Assembly: GCF_009914755.1 (NCBI RefSeq)
Contig: NC_060947.1
Source of the DNA: the human T2T-CHM13v2.0 reference genome, Homo sapiens
Direction: 5' to 3' (one strand)
Length of the DNA: 64,000 nucleotides
Below, in pieces: positions 1-13,285 of this stretch. Both the position numbers and the translations under genes were made by a program. Within the stretch, counting starts at the first letter, position 1. The number at the start of each line of letters is the position of its first letter. Below the pieces are notes generated by a model. That model saw only the letters and a list, made by a program, of their open reading frames with translations. It did not search any database and was not told where the DNA came from.

Positions 1-1740
1 CCCCCACTCCACCCCCACGCCCCAAACAAAACAAAACAACTTCTAACCATCCTGAGAACTTCAGGGGACTTTTCTGGGGTAAAGGAAAAGAAGCGTTAAG
101 AGGGGAACAGGAAAGTGTGAGAAACCCCTCTTGTCTCCAAATGGAAAAAAAGGCCTTAAAAAGCTGGATCAAAGGAAGAAAGGGGGATGGGGAAGAAGGG
201 CCGCTTAATTACAAAGACACCCTTTTAAAGAAGGCGCAGGCCCTGGGAGAGGGCTCTTGGGAGAGGCACAGAAGCAGATGTACCCACTTAGAATTCTGGC
301 ACTCAATGGGACCTCAAGGTCATAGTATCCATCCCCCTGCCTTCTGATTAGGCTATTCTTAAAGCATTCTAGAGTCTGATGCAGTCTTTACAAAACCTCA
401 GAAAGAAAAAGCAACTCTACAAATGTCCTTGTTGGGAATTAGTCTAATAAATCAAACTTCATAAACCAGAAATGAAATTTTAATTTCCAAATCCAAAACT
501 GCATTGACTATGAATTATTAAAATTCCCTTTCTAAAATCTTTTAAATAGGTAAACAGATCCACAAATTTCATGTAAAAGTGACTCCACATACAATTGTGG
601 TCAGAGGTTTACTTCACATCTAGACTGTGAAGGTAGAAAAAGCACTTACAATTTTACAAAGCCACGAACTTTTCCAAGGAAAGAAGTAATTTAAAATGAA
701 GTATGATGTAGTGCCAGAAAGTGTCTGTCAATGACGCCGGATAAACCCATACAGAATAGTTGGAACCTTAGTTATCATCTGTAAATAGAGGCAACTACTC
801 TACAACCACCTGGCTGTTAAAATGTCCCAGGCCAGTTATAAAATGTAGTTTGGTCAGGCCAGCTTTTCCCTCCCAGCTGATCTGAAACAGGATAGCCTTT
901 AAAATTGTCGCCCTTCTCTACCTTCCTACTTTCCTTTCACTCATTAAAATCAACCAAAGTTATTTTAAAATGTATGTTAATAATGTGTTCCCAAATAAGC
1001 AATGGGTTAAGGACATCTCAGTAATAAGTCTTTGAACACCATCACTTACAGGCTTGACGCACTTGTCCAATTGAAGATAGGTGGGAGATGGATGAAAATG
1101 TATACCACATCCAAAATGGCATTTCAAACTATTCTTAGCTACTAAATGAGGGTGCTGAAAGGTCTAACTGAGAAGGCTTCACAAAGGCTGGCCTGAGAAA
1201 GAACTTTTCACAAAGCCTAGCTCAAGGAGACTTAAATATCCTTAGCCCTTCATCATTGAAGATTATGGTGACTAATTATCTTCTTCTCTGAATGGGAGAA
1301 GAGGGTTATATTCATAAAAGTTTTAAACTGCCTCCCAACGTCCACTCTTCATGGCGGGGAGGGAGGAGAACTTCATGCACTAAACATCCCAGGTTGTTGA
1401 AAAGTTCGTTCTAAAACATACACTAGAGATTGAAAATGCTGTTTCTCACCAACTTTCTCTTTCCTTGCTCATTTAATTCTACTTAGTCCCTTTATGCAAA
1501 TTATTATATTATTATTAGTGGCAATCTACCAGGAACTGCTCACAGTCTATTAAAGACTGTTATTTTCCCTCCCCCTTTTCTTTCTCTTCATTTTCACAAA
1601 CCCATGAAGCCCATCTTACTGTTGAAGCACCAATGTGCAGTGGCCCAGGCTTGGACCCTCAAGACACCCTCAAGATCCCCCAAAACTATTTACTAACATC
1701 TTTGGATCTTCTAAAGCAGATAGGGGCAACTCCCTCCTCA

Positions 1741-1784
1741 CCACCACTATCACTACCACCACAAGCACTACCACCACCACCACA
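1741..1784. repeat. Degenerate (CCA)n repeat
   Basis: ccaccactatcactaccaccacaagcactaccaccaccaccac. Confidence 0.7.
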
Positions 1785-2084
1785 CATCTCAAAGAGTAGC
1801 CTTGTTTTAGATTACACAGACTTTAAAACTTCAAGAATTCACGGTCCTACCCCTCCTGCTCCCGCCTCAGGGAGTGTGAGTCCCCACCCCAAGCCTAAGC
1901 ACTTAGCAGAAACCTATCTAGTTATCTGAGATAAGCACTGACATGCATGCTGGGCTAAATGTAGATTTCAGCTTCCCTCGGGTCTTTAGCTCCTCAATGT
2001 GATTAATTACCTAGAGACCCACAAGAACCCCAGGAGGTAAAGAAGTAAAAGTACCATCTAGTAGTGGTACCCACTAGCATCTCC

Positions 2085-3680
2085 TCACCGAAGTAGGACG
2101 GGAAAGCAGCGCACACTCTAACCGATTTAACTTGCTGCACATCCAAAAAAACTCATGGCGAGCTGCAAAGAAAGTAGAACACACGGGCATTCCCACACGC
2201 GCCTAGATCGATTCACTCACGCCGAGGGCACGACCAAGTTCATGCCACCATGGATTCCTGCCCCAGTTCCCCGCGAAAAGTAACCACGCGTCTCCTACCC
2301 CTGAAGGCAAAGAAGACAAGGTGACGACTCTCTGCTCGCTCAAGTGGCTTCGGTCCCGGGCCAGCGGCCAGGGATGGGCAGGGGGGAAGCCCCAACTCCC
2401 GGCTGCTCCCCTCCTCGCTGCTCCGTCCGGGCTCTCCTTGGTGGCAGCGGACAGGCAGGATACCGGGCCAGAGGGTGGAGCAGCGGATAGCCGGAGGCGA
2501 GACTGACTGGAGGTGGTGGTAGTTGAGGGGGAGGCGGAGAGAACTAAGAGAAGAGGAGGCGAAAGAGAGCGGAGATGGAGGAGTAATTCAGGGGGTCTAC
2601 CAGTTTAGGCAGCCAGAAAGCTCCTCGGAAGGAAGGGGCGTGACTGCCAAGGCAGCTCCTGGGCAAAGGATGGGAGGTAGGGGAGGGGGACGAACGGGTG
2701 GCTTTTCTTCTTGCGGTGAGCGGCTAGGACCGCCCCGGAGCAGGGCGGCGGGAGGGGTGGACGAGGGAGGAAGGCGGAGTAGAGGGCGGGGAAAGAAGGG
2801 CGGGAGCCTGCCTGGACCCTGGAAGTGAGGAGTGAGGGGAGCGCGGAAGAGAGGCGGGGCCGGGGGGCGTGGAAGTTTCAAACAATTGAACCGCGGGGTC
2901 CGGGAGCTCGGGCGAAAGCAAGGGACCCTCGCTCTCGCCTTCCCACTAGAGGGGCACGACTCGGTTGCCGTAGCCGTGAGAGTCTGCGCGGGGACTGGCT
3001 GGGAAGAAGGAAAGGGTTTTGCAAAAGACTACAATAATAATCTGCGGCAACAGCGCGGCATAGACGCGTGGGAGAGCCAGTGCAGCTCCCCGCCCCACTG
3101 CGGGAGGAAGAAAAACAAATAATAGAAATGCTGAAAAGCAGCTTCCACCAAAGCCTGCTTAAAATAATGCAGGAAGGAGAAGCGGTCCTTCGTTTTCCTT
3201 CCCCTCTTGCTTCCTATTACCAGCAGGCCCCCACCCAGGTCACAGCTCTGCGAGACACCCTTCTTTCTTCCTCCGCTCCCCCGCCCCGGGCGCTTGCCCC
3301 CCTCCCGTTGGCGGGCCGCAGAAGCTGAGGGGCGAGGGAGGAGGGGTCGCGGGCGGCGCTCCGCGGAGGCTCCGCCCCTGGGCGGGCTGGGAGCGCCGGC
3401 CTGGGCGGAGCGCGTCCCTGAAGCGTAAGTCCCGCCCACCATTCTTTTGCAGCTACCGGTTGGCCCAGCCTGGCCTAGTATACGCTTGCGATTGGGCCCT
3501 GGAGTCGCCAGTCTGATCCCTTTGTCCCACCCGCCCTCAAAATTAATAAAACTAAACAAGAGGCTATTGTGTAGTTCTATGTTCTACCCCAGCTACTGCT
3601 GGCAAGAGAAAGATGAGACGCTTTATTTCTCAGTCTCATAAAAGAGTGCAACAGTGTGTCGGCCGACTCTGGTACGCCTT
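2085..3680. promoter_or_regulatory. CpG-island promoter
   Basis: Abrupt rise in GC and CpG density versus flanks, many GC boxes (GGGCGG/CCGCCC), inverted CCAAT (ATTGG near 3491) and G-rich tracts. Confidence 0.93.
2299..2640 (-). other. Probable non-coding first exon of an unidentified minus-strand gene; intron 1 runs off the left end of the window
   Basis: Minus-strand donor ccttcaggg|GTAGGA at 2299/2298 near the island edge and a pyrimidine-rich 5'UTR-like sequence with no convincing coding start. The TSS end is approximate. Confidence 0.6.
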
Positions 3681-3914
3681 TATGTTTATGGCACTGTCCA
3701 GCTTTCTGCGAATAGGTAACTTTTCTTCCCCCTTAGTTTATTAAATCAGGAGGGGGGAAAGTACATGAAGTGTCATTGTGGTGTTCTGCTGACTGTGAAA
3801 AAAGCTGACATTGGTTAAAAACGAGAGGGTTGAGAACAGCATCCTGGGACACGGAAAATCTACCATTTTACATCTAGAAAAACGAAGGCACAAAGAAACA
3901 GTGTCAGGGTAGCA

Positions 3915-4112
3915 AAATAACATGGAATTTGGAACCAAAGGAAGAATTCATTTGGGGCCCTGGCACTTACTAGCTAATTGTATGACTTCTGTTAAGTGGC
4001 TTAACTTCTCAGCCTTAATTTTTCTACCTGTAAGTAAATGCTGTAAGACATGCCCTATTAACTTAAAGGCACTGGTATGAAAATAAAATGTGTGTGAAAA
4101 CTATAAAGCACT
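3915..4112 (+). mobile_element. MIR SINE relic
   Basis: MIR core-like cacttactagct...gtggcttaacttctcagcctt...ctgtaa. Confidence 0.65.
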
Positions 4113-5105
4113 CCACACATGTATGTGTTCCTACTTGTGTGTGAAACATAATGGAGAGTCTTAGATGTGTTAGAGGATCAATATTTTGCTCATCTGTTTT
4201 AAGCATTTACATCCAAGGTCGTGTAGGTTTTGTGGCTTTATTTTAAAAAGTCAACTCTTTTCCTACAATTTTGGGGGTGGATATGAAGTTGACTCCCTGC
4301 AGTTAGAATAATAAATTACCCCTTTTCTAAGCAGGGTGGGTGAGATTTCTTTTTTAAAGTTCTACAATTTCATGACAACTTAAAGCTATTGTGGTTCTGG
4401 TACTGAAAGAGGAAATCATGCTGTGTATCTCCGAAGTGAACTTAAGAAAACAAATATGAAGGAACATTTACCATGGAAACCACCATTCTCTACAGATCCA
4501 TATTTCCTAGAAAACATTTCAAGTAGGAAGCAAGCCTAAATGTAAACGCCTTGACAGCGCAAGGCCATTATAATGGCTCATGCCAATGAAAGAGTGACAT
4601 CCAATTCAAGCCTGCCTAATGGGAGCCATCTGGGGGGCCATGGATCAAGGCATGCAAGAGGAAGTGTGCTTAAAGGAAACACTATCACACAGTAAACAGG
4701 GGCTCAGAATCCAACTCTGCAGGAAAAGTAGTGGACTATTGCATGTCATGGAGTGTGCAGCATGCTCTGCTAGGAGCTGTGGAAAGATTCAGAAGCAGGA
4801 GTGTGCACAAAATGATTCTCGTTATGATTCTGTTTATGTATGAAGTGAGGTTATTTGGGTGATTTTTCATGGAGAAAGTGAGTTTTTGAATGTTCAAAAT
4901 ATGGAGACACCTGGTTTGTGAAGCAAGGAAAGGTTATTTCAGCCTTGTTATTTGGAGTGGACAGGAGAGCTAGATGTGGGGGGGCGGGTATATGCTGCAG
5001 GACTACTACCAATCACAGAGGCAAAAGGATATTTGTTAAAATCAATGCTGTCCAAGTGAAAAAAGTTAAACATGCACATGGAAGAATTCAGATAAAACGG
5101 TACTG

Positions 5106-5494
5106 GGCTGGGCACGGTGGCTCACACCTGTAATCCCAGCACTTTGGGAGGCTGAGGCGGGTGGATCACTTGAGATCAGGTGTTCAAGACCAGCCTGATC
5201 AATATGGTGAAACCCCTTCTCTACTAAAAATACAAAAATTAGCTGCACGTGGTGGCATGCGCCTGTAGTAGCAGGTACTCGGGAGGCTGAGACAGGATAA
5301 TTACTTGAACCTGGGAGGCGGAGGTTGCAGTGAGCTGAGATCAGCCACTGAGCTCCAGCTACTCGGGAGGCTGAGACAGGATAATTACTTGAACCTGGGA
5401 GGCGGAGGTTGCAGTGAGCTGAGATCGGCCACTGCGCTCCAGCCTGGGTGACAGAGCGAGACTCCGTCAAAAAAAAACCAAAAAACACCAAACA
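5106..5494 (+). mobile_element. AluS with internal 84-bp tandem duplication of the right arm
   Basis: Alu consensus; near-identical TSD aaa(c/a)ggtactg ending 5105 and 5505; duplicated unit starts at 5276 and 5360. Confidence 0.95.
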
Positions 5495-5505
5495 AAAAGG
5501 TACTG

Positions 5506-6000
5506 AAAGACTACAGTGAAAAGTTCTTCTCCACCACTCTGCTCCCATAGTCCCATTCTCTTTATGACTGTATGTCATCTTCCAAATAGATTATTTGCAT
5601 ATTCAAGCATGAGTGCATATTCCCTTTTTGTTCCTTACAAGTGGGATCATTAATCAAGGCACACCTTGCATTTGTTTACTCAACAATGTATTTGAAATAT
5701 TCTTCCATCTCAGGATAACTATGTTTACCTTATTTATTTTATTATAACTCAATATTCTATTGCATAGCTGTGCCAAAATTCCTTTACTCATCCCCTTATT
5801 AAATGGGGATTTGGGAGACAGACACGGTGGTGGCACACGCCTATAGTTCCAACTACTAGGGAGGTTGAGGGAGGAGAATCCCTTGAGGCCAGGAGTTCAA
5901 GGTCAGCCTGGTCAACATAGCAAGACTCTATCTCTAAAAAAAATGGAAGCAAATTTGGGCTATTTCCCATCTTTTGCTACTACGGAAGATGCTATTTAAA
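5506..6000 (-). mobile_element. Old L1M(E)-type fragment hosting the Alu and FLAM insertions
   Basis: Diverged L1ME-like 3' sequence (ttcttccatctcagg...ctcaatattctattgcatagctgtgcc). Confidence 0.5.
5817..5943 (+). mobile_element. FLAM / old Alu monomer
   Basis: Single diverged Alu monomer ending in an A tail. Confidence 0.85.
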
Positions 6001-7016
6001 AAAATCCTGGTAACAAAGGCCTGGTGGCTCATTTGTAGTATGCCTGCCCCTAGCCTTGAAGTTGCCTTCAAAACACTTTTCTAACATGCTTTCCTTTCCC
6101 CACAGCGACTTATACTGTGGAGCAATGGAATTGGAGCAATGGAAACCTCTAAAACACTTAATTCGTTTAACATCCGCTCCTCAAACCCTGCTTGGGCATT
6201 ACTCTTCTCCAAATTTTGATGGAGTAGAGTTAGCAGAACTCTGAACTTAATGGTGAGTCAGGCTGTGTGTGAGTCATTTCTTAACCTGTGGCAAACAGCT
6301 TTTTGGTACTTCTGTTTAACCCAGGTCTTCCAAGCCTTCTATCCTGCCATGCAAGACTTCTTTGTTTTCACCCTGAAAACCTTTCAGTTTGTTTAAACCG
6401 AGTTTGGATTTAAAGCTGTGCATTGCCTGCACTACTTAAAAGAGAGGGGGAGGGGGAGGCCAACATCAACAAACATCGATTGAGCCGCTATTATAGACAA
6501 GACTGAAAAAACAAAGAGGCATGAGACTTAGCTCCTGCCTTCAAGGATATAAACATAAAAAGACAACTAACAAGCATGTGCTAAGTGCCAAATGAATGGT
6601 ATTGACAGTAAAAGCTGTGGAAGTTAAGAGCAGAGAGTGAAAACTAGTTCCAGAGAGTTAGTTTATACAGCACACTGTGCCACACACATTTAACTAATCC
6701 CCACAGCATCCCTGTGTCTTCATATCCTGACTATAAAGTATAGAAAGCCCTCTGGGGGAGACCAGGAGAATTAACCACTAGCTGTAAAACACCTGTGTAA
6801 AGACACTGGGTTGCCTAGATACTACACATTAAAAACCTCCATATAACGATATGGAAAAAAGGAGGATCATTTTAAGCTCAGAAGTCAAGATTCCACATCC
6901 CAAACTACCTGTCCTATTTGGCCTTTATTTTTTTTTCTTAAAATACACCTTTATTGCACAATAAAAATCAATATCTGTGCTGTACAAAATAAAATCCATT
7001 AAAAAAATCAAATGTC

Positions 7017-7325
7017 TACCTTGAAAACATTACACAAAATGAAATAAGCCAGATACAAAAGGACAAATATTGTATGATTCCACTTACATGAGGGATCTAG
7101 AATGGATAAATTCATAGAGATAGAAAGTAGAGTAGTGGTGATCAGGGGCTGGAGGAAGAGGGAGTGGGAAGTTAGTGTTTAATAGTACAATTTCTGTTTG
7201 GGATGATGAAAAGGTTTGGAACTAGATAATGGTGATAGTTGTATAATATTTTGAATGTACTTAAAGCCACTGAATTGTACACTTAAAAATTGTTAAAATG
7301 GTAAATTTTGTTACGTATCTCTTAC
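7017..7325 (+). mobile_element. L1MB-type 3' end
   Basis: gaaataagccagatacaaaaggacaaatattgtatgattccactta...ttaaaatggtaaatttt. Confidence 0.9.
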
Positions 7326-7367
7326 CACACACACACACACACACACAAACACACATGCACACACACA
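7326..7367. repeat. (CA)n microsatellite
   Basis: Direct observation; imperfect repeat. Confidence 0.9.
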
Positions 7368-8142
7368 AAAGCTAATAACCCTTAGGCTTAGTGTCAGGAG
7401 ACAATGCCAGTGATAGGGGTTGCAAGAAGGCAGAACCCATGTGAAAGGGGCAGCCTGATCACCACTACAGGGAAATGCAGGCCAATGTGACCACAGCTTC
7501 TGATTTTTCAAGAGAAACCAGAAGTCAAATGTTTTTAATATAAAATCTCCAGTGTTTCATGTTGCCAACTAATAAATGTCTTAATTAAAAAATCTTCCCT
7601 TTGTGTGCAATATTTTTGTCCAACGTACAGGAAAAGTAGGAAGGAGTGTATAGCTTATGGTCTATTCCCAATCCCTGGCCAGATTCTTCTTGAAGGAAAG
7701 ATGATAAAACCATAGTGCTTTGCATTGAATGGCATTCTCCCCCACTTACCAAGTGAACCAGGAATATGGAATGTGCACATCTTCCTCTAGTTGCCTAGTG
7801 AACAACTAAATGATTTAAATGCATTTATGAACAAAAGCAGAGGCAAGCACGTATACGAGAAAAAATAAATCTTAAAGATTTATGTCTCTATACATAACTG
7901 TCCCCCTTAATTCCTCCAAAGACAAACGTTGAGAAACAGCCTTCTCCAGGACACCTCCAAAAGTCAGCCTCCTATTTATTCATAAGGACACACTAGCCCT
8001 GTACATGCAGAAGCCAGCTGATCAGAAAATAGCAGGTTTATCTGAACAGGAAAGGAACAAAGGGACACATATGCAATACACGACTTCAGTTAAATGCTCT
8101 TCCTTCTGGATTCCCTCCCTCCCCCCTTCCACCCTTCCCAAC

Positions 8143-8177
8143 CACACACACACACACACACACAGCATGCACACACA
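8143..8177. repeat. (CA)n microsatellite
   Basis: Direct observation. Confidence 0.9.
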
Positions 8178-9109
8178 GTCCAGACACAGGAAGTTTGAAG
8201 CCCGATCCATGTGTGGAAAACAGCAATGTGGGAATTCAGGAAACAACACCAGAACTGTGCTCCAAGGCCAAGACCTGCTCCAGCATTTGGGAGCCAAGTT
8301 GCTCCTGGGGTATTTGTGGGCCCCAGCATTTTGGAAGTAAATCGGCTGTAGAAAAATAAAGCTGCCTACAAGTCTATTCCCCAAACACCTCCTAAGGTCT
8401 TGTTTGAGTAACCTGGGCTCGCCTCTTTATGATTTATGCAGGGCTTCACTTCAGCTTAACTAAATACCATATCTCCTTCAGCAGCTTGAGTTTCTGGAAA
8501 GGCCCAGACTGTCCATACTTCTCAGTAGGGTTTATTTGCAAATTCCTAGGTTAGCCGGAGCAAGAGGGAAGCAGGGAGGCTGAGGAACGTACATCAGTCT
8601 GTACCCTGAAAGGTGGTGGGCTGAGAGGGAAAATATAATTTAGTCAATGGTAAAAAACAAACCTCTGAAAGCAAGTCAGAGGAAAATCAAATTCCTGAGC
8701 CAGTAAACACGTTAAATGTACAGAGTTAGCAGGATTTAGAGGAAGTTCATCCTCTGACATTACCCTTTGCAAATAAACTCTTGATTGATTCAGAGCTCTC
8801 TCTGTTTCTGTAGTTGCCAGAGTGTCTGAGAGTTGTTATCCCAGTTGGAGGAGAAGAAGGCTGTGACTGCAGTAGAGATTTATCTTCTCTGGCTCGCTGC
8901 CCCACTTTAGGAACTCCAGGGAGAAGGTAGGTCAATGCCATTCCAGTGTGATTTAAGGCAGGCCCACCTTGCAGGCCCAAATCAGCCTTCTCTTCAGGTC
9001 TGCCACTGTCCTGTGAAATTCACACAGGAAAGACCCTTGTTAAAGTGCAAATATTAACCTGGGAAGGGTTAAATAGTAAGCCATCCTTGGTGTGCTCTGT
9101 GGAAGGGGT

Positions 9110-9335
9110 ATAGACTTTTGGAGTCACCCAAGCCTAGATTCAAGTCACAGCTCCACTACTTACCAATGAGGCAGATTCCTTAACCAGCCTGAACTGCCAT
9201 TCCCTCATCTGTAAAATAGGGATAATAATTTTTCCACCATAAGGGTTTCTTTGATAATTAAATGAAATAACACATTTAGAGGTCCTATCATGATGTCTGG
9301 CATATAGTAGTCCCTTAACACAGTTTATTTCTTCA
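9110..9335 (+). mobile_element. MIR
   Basis: ctcatctgtaaaatagggataataat...ttaaatgaaataa...tctggcatatagtag. Confidence 0.85.
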
Positions 9336-9499
9336 TGCCCCTCCATTCATTCTTCTTAGGGCATTCAAGGGTGTAGGACAGTGGGTTTGCTTGGTGGCTT
9401 ATAGAGCTTAAAAGCACCTAGCTGTAAGGCCCTCGCAATCACTCTTCTCTACTAAATCTGCTCCACAGGGCAGTGCGAGGCTAAGCTATGGGCTTCCGC

Positions 9500-9670
9500 A
9501 CCAAAAGGACTTAGTTTCATAGTCTTCATTCTATTGCTCACTAGCTATGTGACTTCAGGCAAATTTTGAGTATCAGTTTCCTCATTTGTAAAATGACAGC
9601 ATCTATGTCAGAGGATGGTTGTAAAGGTAAAATGACAGTTGTATACAAATATTAGCTGATATTATTACTT
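9500..9670 (+). mobile_element. MIR
   Basis: ctagctatgtgacttcaggcaa...cagtttcctcatttgtaaaatg. Confidence 0.7.
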
Positions 9671-9728
9671 GTAATATTTTGTACAATGGACTGACCAAAG
9701 TTTACTTTTTTCTACCAGCAGTTTCTGA

Positions 9729-10043
<315 letters not shown>

Positions 10044-11149
10044 AGTGAATGGTTTTAGTAAGAGTGTTGAACACCCTTAAGCAAACAACAGTTATATGTC
10101 CCTGGCTTCCTGATCTTGGCTAGGGAATTTGGGGTGGTATGGGGCAGTCGTAGGCATCTCAGTTCTAGGTGTTGGACCTCCTGCCTCCAAGATTCTCACA
10201 GGGGTTTGGCAGGATGTAAGTGGAAAGACAGACTCCTGGGAGGTGCTGCTGCAGGAGATTGCGAGATAATAGAACATGTGCGCTGTGAGCATGGGCCTGG
10301 GAGACTCAGGCCTACCGCTCTTTTAATTCCACACTTTTCCCCTGCCTTAGAACCCTTGTGCACGCCACTCCTTCTGCATACCCCATCTTCGGCCCCACTC
10401 TCTTCCCACTCTTCGCCTCATGAATTCAATTCATTTCTCAGGCTTCAACTTAAATATCATCTTTTCAGGGAAGTATTCCCTGAGTGATAACTTACACTCC
10501 CTTCTCTTGTTTATCTTTAAACATTTATGTGAATTGTGCATTCTACATGATAAACTATATTGGAAGTGGTTTTAATATAAAATAATATTGAAAATATTTA
10601 ATATGTAAATTATTTAACTTTGTTTCCCAGTCTAGAAAATTTCAGGTCCAGGAAGAAGCTTCATGCGTACCCTGCAGCTCTGTACACCCCCCGGCACCCC
10701 TTTCCTACCCCCTAAGGAATTCATAGTTTTTAGAATTATTCCTACACTAGGTGAGGGCATTGAACTAGATGATCTTCAGGGTTCCTTGCAACTGTTAACT
10801 GCTAACAGTTGTCAGAATGCTGACAAGTTTTCTGAATGCTGGAGTGGGAAGCTGTAGCTGCAGTGGCATCCTCCTGCCCCCCAGTTATTTGATCTTGGTG
10901 TAAAATGGGGAGTTTTGAAATATATCTAGGAAATGTGGGTGTGAATGCTTTAAGCAAAAGGTGGAGTGTTTATGTGGTACTAGCAAATGAGAAAGACAGT
11001 GCAGGCATGAGTGCTAGGGAGTAAAGTGTGACTGGCTGGCTCAATGCCTGTGATGGCAAACAGACAGTTCCAGATGACTTAACAGATGTTGTCACTTCCT
11101 GTTCTCCCATCAGAACTGTGAAGTAGGACTAGATTTACCAAAAGTGAGC

Positions 11150-11500
11150 CAAGTATAGTGGAAGAAACAAAGATTTTAAATCAAATAGAACTGGACTAAA
11201 TTCCCCACATACAGCTGGTTGTGTGACCCTGTGTAAATCACTTAACTTCTCAAGTCTCAATTTTCTAATTGATTGGTCGAACAAATGTGTATTGTGCATC
11301 CACTATGTGTTAAACACTTTCTAAGCACTTGGGCACACATTGGTGAATAAAATAGGCAAAATTCCTGCCCTTATGGGACTTATGCTTTGGAGGGATATGG
11401 GAATAGTGGGTAGATATTTAAGATCTGTGATGATTCATGATATCCTTACAGTCCTGGAATTGGATAGGTACTCGATAAATACTGGCTGTTACTATTATTA
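11150..11500. mobile_element. MIR and L2 fragments
   Basis: gtgtgaccctgtgtaaatcacttaacttctc (MIR-like) followed by aacaaatgtgtattgtgcatccactatgtg (L2 3' end, antisense). Confidence 0.6.
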
Positions 11501-12279
11501 TATTTTAATAAAGCAATTACCGTCTGTTAAAACTCAGGTGAAACTGGGTAATTTCTGTGCAAGGGACAGTAAGTGGCTTGAAAAAAGTACTTGAGATTCT
11601 TGCAATATAGTAATAGCAGGTGGCTTGCACGGGTTTTTCCATTCTAAGTACCAGTACTTTTTTCTACTATAGTTTCCTTAGTAGCAATCCCTCCTGAGGT
11701 AAAATGTAGCCCAGGATGGCTCTGAACAGTAGGCTTAGTGTTTATTTGGATAAACTTTCCTGCTTCATTATCTCCAGGAGATCAAAGAGTATGCATCTGG
11801 ATTAATGACATTCCCCTACAACCACTCCCACCATACTCTTACCTGGATGACATTAACCAATTGAACTTTTAACATAAATTCTATGTCCCACTCCTCTAGT
11901 TCCATAGCCCCCTTTCTAGAAGCATAGTGTGTCAGAATGGGGGAAGGAGAAGATGCTGCTCATATTTTTTTATGGTTCGTAGTATCTAGTTTGATTTTTT
12001 TCAGTTGCAGTTTTTACCTTATTGCAGAACAACAGAACTGTGACTATGTTTCACACTTTATGTGGTTAAATTTCACCAAGTGCCATGTTTCATATACTAT
12101 CACATTTCCAGCATTTTAATTACTGTTTCCCGTCTACCCCAGGGTTGGAGCAGGCATTAGCTCAAGGTGTTCAAGGAGAGATAGTGTTCCTTGGGCTAGC
12201 TGCACATGTCCCCCTAGCTTCCTTTCTCTAGATTTCAGTTCTCATTCTAGTTCCTATCTCTATCAGATTACTTATCACA

Positions 12280-12440
12280 TTGTTTTGTAACAATTTATTC
12301 TCTGTATTGCCAACTAAGCCGTAGGTGCCTCCTATATCATAGACAGTGTCTCAATTCACTGCTGTATCCCCCACACCTAGCACAAACTGTATCTGGCATG
12401 TAGTGGGTACCCCGTAGTTGTTTGTTGGATGAAGGAAACA
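12280..12440 (+). mobile_element. L2 3' end
   Basis: tgtatcccccacacctagcac...tggcatgtagtggg...tttgttggatgaa. Confidence 0.7.
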
Positions 12441-12540
12441 TGTATTTTATGATGCAGGCTTTTGTGTAAATGAATTCTTTATCATCCTTTTAGATACCCC
12501 ATCCTACTTTGTGTTTAAGTCCAAAATCAAAGCTATTTTT

Positions 12541-12677
12541 TTGTATATATATATTTTTTCATAGAGATGGGGTTTCACCATGTTGGTCAGGCTGGTCTCG
12601 AACTCCTGACTTCATGATCCGCCTGCCTCGGCCTCCCAAAGTGCTGGGATTGCAGGCATGAGCCACCGCGCCCGGCC
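12541..12677 (-). mobile_element. AluSg-like left monomer only, TSD-flanked
   Basis: Left arm only; TSD aaagctattttt at 12529-12540 and 12678-12689. Confidence 0.9.
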
Positions 12678-13079
12678 AAAGCTATTTTTTTCTAACATCT
12701 GTAGTCAAGTCATCAGGCAAAGTCATTGCTCTTCTAGAGTATTCCTCTGCCTTAGATGAAAACCCCTACAAGCCATCCTAACTGTATCTCAGTAGCTTTC
12801 CCAGGTAGCCCTCAAATTTTTTTTAATTTTAATTTTTTTTTTTTTGTAAACTCAACTCTCTGTTTCCTTGGAACACAGACTCTGGAATCAGAACTGTTTT
12901 AATTTAAAAGCCTTTTAAACTTCCAGGCCTCTGAAAGCCTTGTTTTTCCTGACTCCACCGTCCTTATCTTTCCATTATTCATCTGCATTCCACTCACTCT
13001 TAACTCCCAAGAGGGTCACCTATCCTAAAAATGTTGTTATTTGCCAATCATTTCCCACCTTGGTGTAAAAGTAGCATTG

Positions 13080-13285
13080 GATTTGGAGGATACTTGACTG
13101 TAGTGTTGCAATCTACAAGCTGTGCACACTTGGGCAAGCATCTTAACCCTTCTGAGTCTCAATTTCCTTGTCTGTTAAAAATGAGAGAATAACTGCTGTC
13201 ATGTCTTGGTACCTCACTGGCTTGCAAGCTTTAGATCAAACAATGGTTGTGAAAACAACTTAGAAACTGAAATAGATGGTTATTT
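13080..13285 (+). mobile_element. MIR
   Basis: cttgggcaagcatcttaacccttctgagtctcaatttccttgtctgttaaaaatg. Confidence 0.75.

Noticed and set aside
2299-2640. Assigning a gene symbol to the minus-strand gene
   Set aside because: No coding sequence lies in the window and I could not reliably match the exon from memory; a BLAT search is needed.
2943-2957. CTCF-like ccactagaggggcac
   Set aside because: An extra G breaks the spacing of the core consensus.
2321-3641. Overlapping ORFs up to 176 aa in the CpG island
   Set aside because: Low-complexity Gly/Arg/Pro frames expected from GC-rich DNA, many with non-ATG starts and no recognisable domain.
5066-5578. 170-aa ORF and the many similar ORFs elsewhere (e.g. 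42876-43257, 46249-46781, 60119-60872)
   Set aside because: Translations of Alu sequence and simple-repeat tails.
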